From Eledone cirrhosa (taxonomy: Eukaryota): DNA of 64,000 bases. Below are positions 37,215 to 49,167 of the stretch, piece by piece. The DNA lies in NCBI GenBank assembly GCA_964016885.1, contig OZ024742.1, positions 274,598,001 through 274,662,000 on the forward strand, read 5' to 3'. The number at the start of each line of letters is the position of its first letter. Within the stretch, counting starts at the first letter, position 1. Both the position numbers and the translations under genes were made by a program. Under the pieces are notes generated by a model. The model did not search any database. It saw only the letters and a program-made list of their open reading frames with translations, and was not told where the DNA came from.

Positions 37215-40049
37215 TTATGTATATTCATACATATTGTATCTAATTAGAGTCTGTTGGTTTCTTGCAAAGACAAAAACACGTTTAGACAGTGTGGTTAATC
37301 CGTATGAGGAAATTTGGTCCCACGTGCTGGCTTCGCCACAGCCCCGGTGGACAGGATGGAGAAGACGTTTCTCCGGAAGATGGTAAGGGAGATGCGCTGG
37401 AAGAGCCATTCCAACTCGCGAGCCTCATACATGCGGTTGGCCAGCTCAGCGCCTATGGTGGTGAACAGGGAGGTAGACCGAGCGCCAAGGTCATCAGAAG
37501 TCTCCACTGAACAAAGGCACGACCCCGAACCTGTCGGAGAGCGACCGGTACTTGGAGAGTTTGTCTTCCTCAGCCCAAAGTGCAGCAGTATCTGGGTCAG
37601 TCGCAGACTGTACCAGGTTGCGGCTGGAGAAAGTGTCGCTGCAAGTGGCAAACCAGACGAGGGGTTTGCCACCGCGGAACGGGAAGAGGGTCATGCCGTT
37701 TGGCCTGTTGCTCTCTCCTCAGTCCAGCCCCACAGGGTCGAGCTGGGAGGGGAAGCCTACAGTCTCCAAGCCATGCTTTATGACCTTGTTACGGGCAGCA
37801 GGGCGTGGAAGGAGGCCGGCACTGTGGCAACAGGAAAGCGGATGGAGGCCCGAAAGAGTCCACGGTGGATCCACAGCGACATTTATGTAGCTCGCACATC
37901 GGGAGTCCAAGCCTCAAGGAAACGCCGATGGGGAGACTATCTTTATCCAGCTGCGTGCCAGGGGAGAGAGAGGGCAAGGCATGAAGCCAGGCACCACTGT
38001 GGAGTTTGGAGGCCACGCGAAAAGAGGCAAGGTGCTGCTGGTCGAACTGGTGTGGGAGTCTGTCTGAGGCCAGGCAGCATTGGATGGCATCCCATATGCT
38101 TTGGGGGGAATTGATGTCAACAGTGGGAGAAGGAGGAGGGACATCTACTGGGCTACGTCCCAGTCTATCCCACGTCTCACAGGCGGCCTCACGTTCCCTG
38201 AACACAGAGGGTTCCATTGTGTGTTTGAGAACCCTGCTGATATAGAACGCGGTATGAGGTTACTGATGAAAGAAACGCCGGCAAAGCCAGCGAGATCGGG
38301 GCCCTGAGGTCAAAGCCGCCATATCTGAGAGGTTAGGTGGCCTGTTGTCATCCAATATCGTCAAACATGACGTTTCATTTCTCCTCAGCTGCCATTCGGA
38401 TACAATTATCGAGGTCAGCGAGTAGAGGTGCGTGGCTATAGCACGGAGCGCTGCGAAGGGTGTAGGGGAGCTTCGGCATGGGAAAGCAGTTCCTCAACAG
38501 GAAGAGAGCTGGGTGGCCGTCGATCTAGCCCAGTCAGCTCGTGAGGGTCTGGAGTTGTTGGAGCCTAGACATGATGGTGGAGCGGATGGCCGGCGGGTGG
38601 AGCGGATGGCCGGCGGGTGGAGCGGATGGCCGGCGGGTGGATCGGTGACCCGAGGATGAGTACATCCTCTTTGGGGGTCACGTAGCACCAGGTGAAGAAT
38701 GGGCCGCACGTCGGAGACAGAGGCTGCAAAGCTCTCAGCATCATGGCTGACATTCAACACCTCTGACTTGGACGAGTTGACCTGGAGGCTGATTCCCGCC
38801 AGCACAGGAACCACCGATTGAAGGTAATGGCAGACAGTCTCCACGGGTCCGGTCAGAGTAGCATCATCCACGTACCAAACGTTGACAGGGGCCGTGATAC
38901 GCCGGGCAATGGATTCTATACCAACGGCAAACAGGAGGGAGCCCAAAGTGTCGCCCTGTTGGACCCCAGTGGCCGAAGTTATGACCGTATCAGCAGCAAG
39001 GAGCATGCTCGGGGCTCCATATGACACGTAGGCCAGCGCGTAGGCGGAGGGGGCTCCGCTGAGGCAGGGATCGAGCAGATAGTCCCAGCGTGTGCAGTTA
39101 AAGGCATTCCTCATGTCAAACTTGACAATGAGGTGCCTGGGGTCCCTGGATACCAGTTCCGGTGGGCAGTTGTTGAAAAACTGACAGGTCGCATGTGCGG
39201 CCCCCTCACAGCCACCGGACACGCCAATATTCAGTTGCATCGGACTGAAATCCTCACCCGGTTCAGGTTTTATGGACCTGAAGACCACCTTAGCAGCCAG
39301 CCACCGGAAGACGTTTCCCACAGTGATGGGGCGTATGCCACCCTCTTTCTTCCTGAGAGCAGTCAAGAGGCCTCGGGCGTGTGGATCCAGGGTGCCATGA
39401 AAAAGCCTATTGGTGAGTTCCCCAATTGCACTCGGAAGGCGGCGCCCGGCCTCAGCGGAGAGGGGAGATAGCAACTGCTTGAGGTGGCCTGGTCAGACAC
39501 CCTCAGCACCTCCGCTGCTGCTAGCTGGAAAGACTTGATGGCAGACATGATGTCTGCGTCGGAAAACACAAGGAGTAGTTGGGGGTCGGGTGGGGGTATG
39601 GGTCGGAGGTCAGTGGATAGCTCAGGGTGTTTGAGTCGTAGGGCAGCCAGGATCTCCTCGGTGGGTTGGAGGCCAGTGTCCTCTGAGACATCACCCATGA
39701 TAAATTTAGCGTTTACGCGGTTTCACATATGCTTGGCGCTGGCGTCATGTGTGGAGGATTGGAGGCATCCAAGAGCAGGGGATTTGCCGTCCTTTGGCAC
39801 TCTTGGAATGAGTGCTTGCACAAAGAACGAGACATTGACCTTGACAAAGCTGCTGTCGACAGGCCGTCTCGTTCAGCGCCAGAATGGCGAGGGCAAGGGC
39901 GAGTGGGGAGAAATAGAAGAGGCGTTCCCAGTCGCTGGGTCGATTGGAGTCCAGAGCATTCGCGATCGAGGAAGCGAGGGCATCAGCTACCGGCACCCGT
40001 GCCGCTTTCGGGATCCTGAGCGGAATCTTCTGGATCCGCCTGGTGGAGT
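37215..40049 (-). mobile_element. CRE-clade RLE non-LTR retrotransposon, main body (decayed)
   Basis: RIPKAAR, GGIRPITVGNVFR, GVSGGCEGAAHA, KFDMRNAFN, GVQQGDTLGSLLF, WYVDD, GAWLHALPS, LRLG...CRCG, AEEDKLSKY, LFQRISLTI. Confidence 0.88.
38576..38642 (+). repeat. 20-bp tandem repeat (~3.3 copies) within the CRE RT
   Basis: GGTGGAGCGGATGGCCGGCG repeated. Confidence 0.9.
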
Positions 40050-40211
40050 CAAAATTATGGTAGTGTCTATATGATACGAAAGCAAGGTCGGGGTTATATC
40101 CTCTCCTCCAGCGTGCGCTTTCGAAGGATGCATTGTTTTTTGCATCGTGCATGATTGTGAGGTCGCGGGTAATGGCCCATTCCCCACTGATTCCCCATCA
40201 TTATTAGTGTG

Positions 40212-40400
40212 TTGGCGGTGGATTAACTGTATCGGTAGAGGGTCGGATGCCATGCTTTCCAGCATAGTTACGTCCCTTTACGATCTGAGTTCAAATCCCG
40301 CCAAAGGTTGACTTTGCCTTTCATCCTTACGGGGTCGATAAAATAAAGTACCAGTAATGCACTGAATAATTGCTGGCCTTGTGCCTAAAGTAGAAATAAT
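40212..40400 (+). mobile_element. tRNA-derived SINE inserted in the Vingi endonuclease, with TSD
   Basis: SINE unit flanked by ATTATTAGTGTG on both sides; removing it restores YNHTNNDGESV. Confidence 0.9.
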
Positions 40401-40881
40401 TATTAGTGTGGTTGTAACCCCAGGTGGTATTGTGGCTATTAAAATCTCCAACAACAAGGCATGCCTTGTTACCAAGCTGGTGATACAGTGGCCACATGAA
40501 GAGGGTTGGTGGAGGTTTATATACCGACACAATGTTTAGGTGTTCTGTGTCTATTTGCAGGATCTCCAGCCCTCCGTCGGAGAGATCTCTGCTATTTTGG
40601 AATGCAGATGTGTCACGTGCATAAATTTCACTTCCATGGACTGGGCCGGGGTGAGAAATAATTAGGTGCATGCTTGGTATTCTTGGCGTCTCCAATTCCT
40701 TGTGTGTCTCTTGAAGGCATACTATATCAGCATCTAGGTTGGAGAGTAATTCTATTTTTGTTGCTGTCAGTCCTTCAACGTTAAAGCAGATGACTCTGAA
40801 CGTTTGCATCTTCGCGTCTAGGGGCCGAGGGTTTATACTTTTACCACCCCTAGGTGTTGGGTATGGCGTTGCGCGTGTTAT

Positions 40882-40940
40882 AATGTTCGGTCTCCTTTCG
40901 GATTCATAGGGGCACCACGGGAAGGTACATTACATGCCCC
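40882..40940 (-). ncRNA. HDV/CPEB3-like ribozyme motif at the Vingi 5' end
   Basis: GGGGC (P1), AAUGU (P2), ACC-UUCCCGU-GGU (P3/L3), GCCCCU (P1'), UCC-GAAA-GGA (P4), CGA (J4/2), ACAUU (P2'). Confidence 0.72.
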
Positions 40941-43084
40941 AAATTAATTGGTGACCCAATACCTAAGTCACAACACCGACCGCTCGTTATCGAAATAAAA
41001 CCTGTTATCAGACCAGGAGAGACGGTTCCTAAAGCCAGGTTTAACTTCCGTGAGGCTAAATGGGAGAACTTCACATTAGACTTAGAAGCTGGGATCCTCA
41101 AAATCCGTCTAAACCCACTGCAGTATGATGACTTCCAAACACTGGTGTGGGAGGCCGCAAAGAAAAATATCCCAAGAGGCTGCAGGAAGTCTTACACCCC
41201 AGGACTCAATGAGCAAAACAAAGAAATCTACCAGGAGTATAATGACGACCCATTTGCCATAAACACCATAGAGCTCGGGGAGATTCTGATAGCCTCGATC
41301 AACAATGAAAAGAAAGAGCGTTGGCAAGAAGTCATAACCAACATCGGTATGACTCATAACAGCAAAAACGCCTGGGCAACCATAAAAATGTTAAGCTCTG
41401 AAAAGAAACCTCAACCAAGAATAGCTGCCGTTACCCAAAACGAAGTGGCACATCAACTGCTACTCAACGGTAAGCCCGAGAATAGAGAAAGGGGATACTT
41501 AAGGGAAATGAAACAGGACACGAACCGTGCCATACACAACTCTGACGAAAACTTTGAACCATTTAACATGGAAGAGCTACACGAAGCTATGAAACAACCC
41601 CGCATCTCCAAAGAGCTACCGGCCAGTATCCTTACTGTGCACCCTTTACAAACTATACGAGCGCATGATCATAGCTCACTTGTCCCCTACTGTAGAAGAA
41701 TAACTATCTCCAGACCAAGCTGGCTTCCGACCCGGCCGATCATGCTGCGGTCAAGTACTGAACCTGACTCAATACATCGAGGATGAATTTGAGGCCAAAC
41801 AAATTAACGAAGCAGTTTTTGTCGACCTCACAGCTGCCTATGACGTCGTGCACCACAGAGCATTTCTTTTAAAGGTAGCCCTAACAGTTCGGAACACCAC
41901 TGCGGTCCGCATAATTGAGTCACTGCTCAACAATCGGCGATTCTTTGTTGAGATGGATGGCAGGCGAAGTAGGTGGAGGGTCCAGAACAACGGACTCCGA
42001 CAGGGCTCTGTGCTAGCCCCTATGCTGTTCAACATTTACACAAATGACCAGCCGCAGTTCCACAATATTCGTAGATTCATATATGCGGATGATCTCTGCA
42101 TCGCAACACAGTCAGCCTCCTTTGACACAATCAAGAAAAGACTACCAAATGCCCTCTGCTTACTACAAAAATGGTACCTTAACGCTAATGCCAGCAAAAC
42201 GCAGGTGTGTGCCTTCCATCTTAACAACCACCAAGCAAACAGGAAACTAAAAATCTGATGGGGCAACAATGAACTGGAAAACCACACTCATCCAGTTTAC
42301 CTCGGAGTTGCCCTTGATAGAACGCTCTCCTTCAAATAACACATAGACAAACTTAAAAGTAAACTGGCAACTAGAAATAATCTTCTCAGCAAACTAACCA
42401 ACACCAGCTGGGGTGCAGATCCCATTACACTGAGGCAAACAGCACTGGCACTCTGCTACTCCACCGCAGAATATTGTTCACCAGTATTGGTAAGGTCATG
42501 CCATGCAAACAGAGTTGACCCAGAGTTGAACAAATCATGCCGGATGATCACCGGAACATTAAAAGCAACTCCCCTTCCAGCCGTATACACTCTTGCCAGC
42601 ATTCCACCTCCCCACATACGACGTGAGGTCAACGCAAAAACTGAACAGTACAAACAACAACACGATCCCAAGAATCCACTCTATGGCCACCAGGAAATAA
42701 GAAGACGATTAAAATCTCGAAAAAGCTTCTTAACCGTGGATAGCCTGGAGCAAGCACAATCGGCGGCTTACAGGCTGGAGAAGTGGAGGGAGAGTGACCG
42801 CCGCCAACCCAACGCGGCCTTACCAAGCCCAAATGAAAGCCTCCCCGATGGAACAACTCTTAGCAGAAAACGGGCAAAGCTGGAGACAACCTCCACAAGT
42901 GGGGATTGGCAACCTGCGCTGAGTGCCCCTGCGGCGAGACCTCCTAGACCATGGCCCACATCCTCCGTGGGTGCTCACTCGGACCCACATGCTCCGACCA
43001 AGTCTTGATGGAAGCGAACGACGCTGCACCTCAATGGATACGGCACTGGCGCGACTAGATATGAATGAATGCATCTGGTGGAGT

Positions 43085-43490
43085 GCCAGACGACCGTGGC
43101 TGCGCAGACGAGGAGAAGAGACAGTTTCTGCATCTCCACGCTGTGAGGGCACTAGAAGCTCGACGCGTCAAGCTAAAACAGTTGAGGTGGTGGACGCAGC
43201 CGCACCACGAACCCTTCCGATCCCCCTTCCATCTCTTCGTGGTGCTGCAAGTGCTGCAGATGTCGACTGGTGGGATGGAAGATGGGGCGTGGAGCCGGGG
43301 ACTGGGGCACCAAGCGGCATCAGGGGTAAGTGGCTGGTTGTCACCAGCCTAGGTGCTAGGCACAACTGCATGTGGGTGGAAGGGAAAGTGTTGGTATGAG
43401 TGAGGCCGCATAGCTGACCTACATCAGATATGGAGGCAACAGAGGACAATATAAAAGAGGGGTGTTGCAAGGAAAGGGACACACACGAAA
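43085..43490 (-). mobile_element. Probable 5' part of the CRE element displaced by the Vingi insertion
   Basis: GC-rich sequence resumes immediately after the second TSD copy; open frames on the minus strand; no diagnostic motif recognised. Confidence 0.6.
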
Positions 43491-43671
43491 GTAGAATGTT
43501 AACAAATTAATAAATGAATGAATGGATGAATGTACAAAAAGAAAACGGGGTCGTTCCCAGCGGAATGACCCAAAGGTTGTTATTATGACTGATGCTGGAC
43601 TTGGCTTCCTCTTTTTAATGGTGGTGGTAGTGATTGCTGGTAAGATGTTCGTCTATACACATATATGTTGT

Positions 43672-43886
43672 TGTTGTTATTGTCACTGCCGCTGTCGTAT
43701 CCTTCCTCTTGTTAATGGTAGTGGTAGTTTATACCGATACCTATTTCGGCTGCAAGACAGGCTGATAACGCTCAAATGCCTTCCTTCAGCGAAGATGCAG
43801 GGTCGTTGTTATTGTCACTTTTGCTGTCGATGCCTTCCTCTTGTTAATGGTAGTGGTAATTGTTGGTGCTACTTATTTCGGCTGTC
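43672..43886 (+). repeat. Diverged direct repeat pair (~80 bp, period ~130 bp)
   Basis: GTTGTTATTGTCACT...CCTTCCTCTTGTTAATGGTAGTGGTA...TATTTCGGCTG occurs twice. Confidence 0.75.
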
Positions 43887-44475
43887 AAGCTAAGTAACCA
43901 CTATTATAAATATAACATATAATAGGTAGCTGGTAGTATTGATCATACTGTATATACTACAAACGTAACATGAGTAGGTACCAATTTTAGTCTACGGAGT
44001 AAAAATTATTCCGTTCAAAATTCCTCTCCATTATATGGAGAAAAAAATTATTTGAATACCAACACTTTAACATTCTTAAGACAATTTGGCAAAGCATAAA
44101 TATATAAATCGTGTAAATTGTTTATAACATCGTAATGTATAAGTGTTCTTTTAATATTTCTTAATATTCTAATTTTTTTCTCAATAAGTTGATAACTCTA
44201 TACTAAGGTCAATAATTATATAACTGTAAACATGTAAATTATCTCCCTTATTTAATTACCTCCCTTAGTCCTTTTACATTTAATCCTTACCACGCTTTTC
44301 AAATTTTAACAGTTTAATACAAGTTTATTTACACTCACACAGTATTAATGTTTTTTACAAACTGATATTTGAATTTTAACTTAGTCCAGCTTGGGGTACC
44401 ACTTTGAAAAGTGTCAAGCAGTAAATAAGGTAGTTAATGTACATTAACTACATATAATCAATCAACATTATTTTT

Positions 44476-45090
44476 GGTTGACTTTGCCTTTCATCCTTAC
44501 GGGGTCGATAAAATAAAGTACCAGTAATGCACTGGGTTATAGCTGGCCTTGTGCCTAAAGTAGAAACAATTATTTTTGGCAGTATCGGTAGAGGGTCCGA
44601 CGCCATGCTTTCCAGCATAGTTACGTCCCTTTACGATTTGAGTTCAAATCCCGCCGAGGTTGACTTTGCCTTTCATCCTTACGGGGTCTATAAAATAAAG
44701 TACCAGTAATGCACTGGGTAATTCCTGGCCTTGGGCCTAAAGTAGAAACAATTATTTTTGGCAGTATCGGTAGAGGGTCGGACACCATGCTTTGAAGCAT
44801 AGAGTTACGTCCCTTTATGATCTGAGTTCAAATCCCGCCAAGGTTAACTTTGCCTTTCATCCTTACGGGGTCAATAAAATAAAGTACCAGTAATGTACTG
44901 GGTTGTTGCTGGCCTTGTGCCTAAAATAGAAACAATTATTTACTGTTTATAGAGTTACAGCCCTTGCCATTCTGAGTTCAAATCTCGCCGAGGTTAACTT
45001 TGCCTTTCATCCTTACGTGGTCGATAAAATAAAGTACCAGTAATGCACTGGGTATTTGCTGACCTTGTGCCAAATGTAGAAACAATTATT
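44476..45090 (+). mobile_element. Head-to-tail array of four tRNA-derived SINE units
   Basis: Units at ~44476-44572 (3' half), 44577-44755, 44759-44940 and 44950-45090 (5'-truncated), each ending TAGAAACAATTATT. Confidence 0.92.
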
Positions 45091-45216
45091 TACTGTTTAT
45101 AAAGGATAATATCGATTACATTTATGGAACCGAAACATCGAATATGACACAAATGTAAGGACATCGAATTGGTACAATAACTGTCATAACCTTAAAGAAA
45201 AGGATCTTAAACACCA

Positions 45217-45341
45217 TACTTTTGGATTATGTGTTTTTAATATATCTGTTTGAACAGTACAATTCTATTCTTATTGCTTACTTTTGGATTATGTGTTTTT
45301 AATATATCTGTTTGAACAGTACAGTTCTATTCTTATTGCTT
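45217..45341 (+). repeat. ~61-bp tandem duplication
   Basis: TACTTTTGGATTATGTGTTTTTAATATATCTGTTTGAACAGTACA.TTCTATTCTTATTGCT twice. Confidence 0.9.
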
Positions 45342-45940
45342 ACATGCTTCACACCTATAGCCTTTGCATTTTCTGCATGAACATTATGACTAACATTATA
45401 AAACCTTTTGCCTAAAAATATATATCTTATGATACTTATAATTTGTAAGACCTATTTGGAAGCTCTTACTACAAAATGTTATTACATTTATTGCATGTAC
45501 TCTAATATTATTAATATTCTTGCTATAATATGTTTGTTATGATTCTTTATATATACCATATACCACAGAATACTTATATTATAGCTTTAACACAAATTTC
45601 ATTATAATATTTTATTACTATTTTTTCGTTATAATTATTTCATTAAAATATTATTTTCCTCTTGTTCTTTAGTGTAATGAAATTAACACTACCAATTATA
45701 ATTAGACTTCTCACATATAACTTATCCTGCTGAATGTTCTAATGATTAGGAATTTATTTGTTTTAACCTTTTATATGCTCCGATGATTCCAGACATAGGT
45801 CTGATTAAAACGATCTGGATAAACGTAACATTAAACATATATTCAATAGTTAGATGTGTCACCGAGATGTTAAAAGCCTTGAAAAGAGAAGGTATTCCCT
45901 GGCTGACACGTGTGCTCCACGTAGCCTGTATCTCTTAGAA

Positions 45941-46780
45941 CGGCTAATACTTAAATATAAGTATGTATACGTACACACATATATGTATAACACGTGCAGT
46001 AGTATGTATATAATACATACATGCATATATATATGTACGTATGGGTTTACCGAACATTTATTATAATGTTCGATTTGTTTGTAAACAAACAGCCCGAATT
46101 AAGCCGTACAGTCTTCGGCAACCATCGTTGCCCTTTGTTCAACACTGAGAAAGGAACGATGAACTAGTTTCTAGCTCATTAGCTGTCATGAGCACCGTAT
46201 GCCTTCCTGTCAGTCGATTGAACGTTTGAAAGTATATACTTTCCTTATGCATATTAACGGCTGAGCAGCCTAAGTTGCATATCGAGTGAGTTAGTCGGCC
46301 AACCCATACGTACATATATACATGTGTGCATGTATGTATGTATATACAAACTACTGTATGTCTGTATACATATATGTATGTACATATACATACTTATATT
46401 TAAGTATTAGCCGTACTAAGAGTGAGAAATGAAAATTCATTTTTTCCATTTATCCCTCTCGGTACTCCCGGCCGACTAACTCACTCGATATGCAAATTAG
46501 GCTGCTCAGCCGTTAATATGCATAAGGAAACTATACACTTTCAAACGTTCAATCGACTGACAGGAAGGTATACGATGCTGATGACAGCTAATATGCTAAA
46601 CACTAGTTCATTGTTCATTTGTCAGTGTTGAACAAAAGGGCCCCGATGGTTACCGAACACTGTACGGCTTAAGTAGGGCTGTAAACCCATACGTACATAT
46701 ATATATATATGTGTGCATGTATGTATATACATACTACTGTACGTCTGTATACATATATGTATGTACGTATACATACTTAC
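45941..46780. repeat. Nested inverted repeats (P Q P' Q' P') with a degenerate hammerhead in Q
   Basis: ~46088-46300 is the reverse complement of ~46470-46682; ~45941-46047 is inverted at ~46301-46412 and ~46683-46780. Confidence 0.85.
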
Positions 46781-46786
46781 ATATAT

Positions 46787-46879
<93 letters not shown>

Positions 46880-47047
46880 TATATATTAAAATAACAGATT
46901 AAAGTTTAAGCAAAGAATCGCTGCTTTGACCCTTAACGGGATCTTCTGAAACTAACAAAGTCAATCTGTGAACGCAGAAGTGATTATTTCAAAAAACGTT
47001 GCAACCGGAGGAAGACAGGAAGGCGATACTTAGGTTCGTGGAAACGT

Positions 47048-48115
47048 TCAATGGGTCCCAGATTTTTGCCTGTAGAATTTGTCATTGAAAACGAAGTAAT
47101 TATTCTCCAATATAAATTTGAGTCCTTCTATCATGAATTCTTTTTTGATGCGTTGTGGGAGTTCATTTGGGTAATTATCCAGCCAGATTTGGATAGCTTC
47201 TATTCCTAGGTTGTGGGGGATGTCGGAGTATAGGTTGACTACATCGAACGCCACTAGCAGCGTTTGTTCAGTAAGGGATATATTAGGGAGGTGGTTGAGC
47301 ATATCTAGGTCGTCCCTTCTGTAGCTTTTAATGTGTTTGAGAAAAGGCTTAAGAAGGGTATCAATGAAGTTGCTAAGGCGGTGGGTTTTGCAAGCCGGGC
47401 TTGCTATTATAGGTCTTAATTTGAGATCATTAGGTGAGGGGGACATTGATGACTAAGTCTGTGGCTTCCTTGCATGCCTTACTTATTAATTTGCTTTTAT
47501 GTACTTTAGGGATACCGTAGAAAAGGCTGGATTTACTTGTGAAGTCTGTGATGAAGCTGAATTCCTTGTTAGTGAGTCCTTCTCTGTATGGGTTGATCAG
47601 AGTTTTTAGGTTTCTCATAATTTTCTGTTGATTGTATTGTTCAGCCTTTTCGCAGTATGTTTCGTTTTCCAAAGTGGAGAGCGCTAAGTTGATATAGAAT
47701 TATGTCTCCATTAGGACTACTGCACTCCCTTTATCAGCCTCTTTAATTGTACTAGTTCTGTCGGTTTTTAATCTATTTAATTCTTTCCATTCTTTCTTGT
47801 TGAGGTTTGGCTTGTGTTTTTGTCTGTGCAAGTGTTGGTAAGGGAAGTTTGAAACGTGTTCACAGAATTCGTATAGGATTTTATTTCTATCTTTTGATGG
47901 GGTGTAGTTGCTCCTATTTCTGGCTAATGATTCATCCCCATTGTACTGGTCGAATAGTTCTTCACTGAGTCGTAACTTTCTACGGAATTCTGTGATGTGA
48001 TCCTTCATTTCATAGTAGTTTGGACGTAGGGTGGTTGGTGTGAATTTAAGACCTTTGGAGAGTAAGTTGATAAGGTTGGGAGTTGGTTCTCACTAGTTAA
48101 ATTGATAATTTTTAT
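47048..48115 (-). mobile_element. Penelope-like RT fragment
   Basis: LLSKGLKFTPT, IKEADKGSAVVLM, FYGIPKVHK, LRPIIAS, FDVVNLYSDIP, NNYFVFNDKFYRQKSGT. Confidence 0.9.
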
Positions 48116-48539
48116 TACTGTCGGTTTCTCCTCCCTGTCTTGTGTTATTTCGTTTGCCTGTATCTGTGTGCTGTGTCTAAAAAATGTTTGGGGTAGAGTG
48201 GTTGTCTGCTGATGTTAAGTGGTCTCCTGTGTTTGTTATATTCCTTGTTTTTGTAAGATGTGGTTCGTGTTCGTGGTTGTGAATTGAATGGGGTGTGCCT
48301 GTATTGCGAGTATGGATGTGTGTGTCTATATGCCATGTTGGATTGTGGTGTTATAGGTGGCCTACGTTGTTGGTTGTATCGTGTGGTGTGGGTTTATTGT
48401 GTATTGTGGAAGCGAGAGTTGAGAAAATGGAAATGACCTTTTTGTCTCCTTGTGGCGGGGAAGTTGTTACATCTATCATGTTAGTGGTATCTGTTCCCTA
48501 TGTGTGTCGATATATATATATATATAAGAAAAGAAATAG

Positions 48540-48693
48540 GATTTCACTTCAAGCAAAGCTTTATACAATGTGTATAAATATTTCGTATCTCCAAAGAAAT
48601 AAGGTTTTAGGAAGCCGTAGCTATACAAACACCGGGGGGCTAACACCTTCTGGTGATGTCCAGCAGAAGCAAGGGGACAACCGTCTATGAATT
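48540..48693 (+). repeat. Short dispersed repeat (copies at ~51706-51852 and a stub at ~52020)
   Basis: TTC.CTTCAAGCA...TTTAGGAAGCCGT.GCTAT.CAAACA.CGGGG...CCTTCTGGTG.TGTCCAGCA...GGGGACAAC.GTCTATGAATTT. Confidence 0.75.
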
Positions 48694-48833
48694 TATATAT
48701 GTATAGGGCCGTATAATATATATATATATATATGTATATATGTATATAAATATGAATATATATGTATGTATATTTGTCTATATAGACACACACACACATC
48801 ACAAAAAACGCACTCATACGAAAACACACTGAA

Positions 48834-48911
<78 letters not shown>

Positions 48912-49085
48912 CTTTCACCGTATTTTTGACTAAAGGAATTTTAGCCTGATAACAGGGTTTAGAACCCTCAGATAAATGGAAAAAGATGAGTATTGACGTA
49001 CATGTACGTCAATACTCATCTTTTTCGGTGAAAGCTATATATTTTCTAATTTCAAACTCGCTCACTGTTTCAAAACATAATTACT

Positions 49086-49167
<82 letters not shown>

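Larger units (their letters stand above)
40050..43074. mobile_element. Vingi/Ingi-group LINE with inverted 5' part (40050-40940 minus; 40941-43074 plus)
   Basis: APE motifs FNVEGL, CLQETH, SVYKPP, GDFNSH and GYNPDLAFVS on minus; PIPKSQHRP, GLRQGSVLAPMLFNIY, FIYADD, YLGVALDRTL, WGAD...ALALCYSTAEYC on plus; (ATGA)n tail; TSD CTGGTGGAGT at 40040-40049 and 43075-43084; no RNase H seen. Confidence 0.88.

Noticed and set aside
37314-38114. 266-aa plus-strand ORF and other antisense ORFs over LINEs
   Set aside because: Shadow frames of GC-rich retrotransposon coding sequence with no recognisable motifs.
44476-45090. tRNA gene cluster
   Set aside because: A and B boxes are present but no cloverleaf; dispersed copies with TSDs show it is a SINE.
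46905-46955. Hammerhead-like remnants at ~46.9 kb (also ~35.5, 45.8, 53.1 and 53.9 kb)
   Set aside because: Two or more core positions deviate in each; they cannot be separated from chance without a family consensus.
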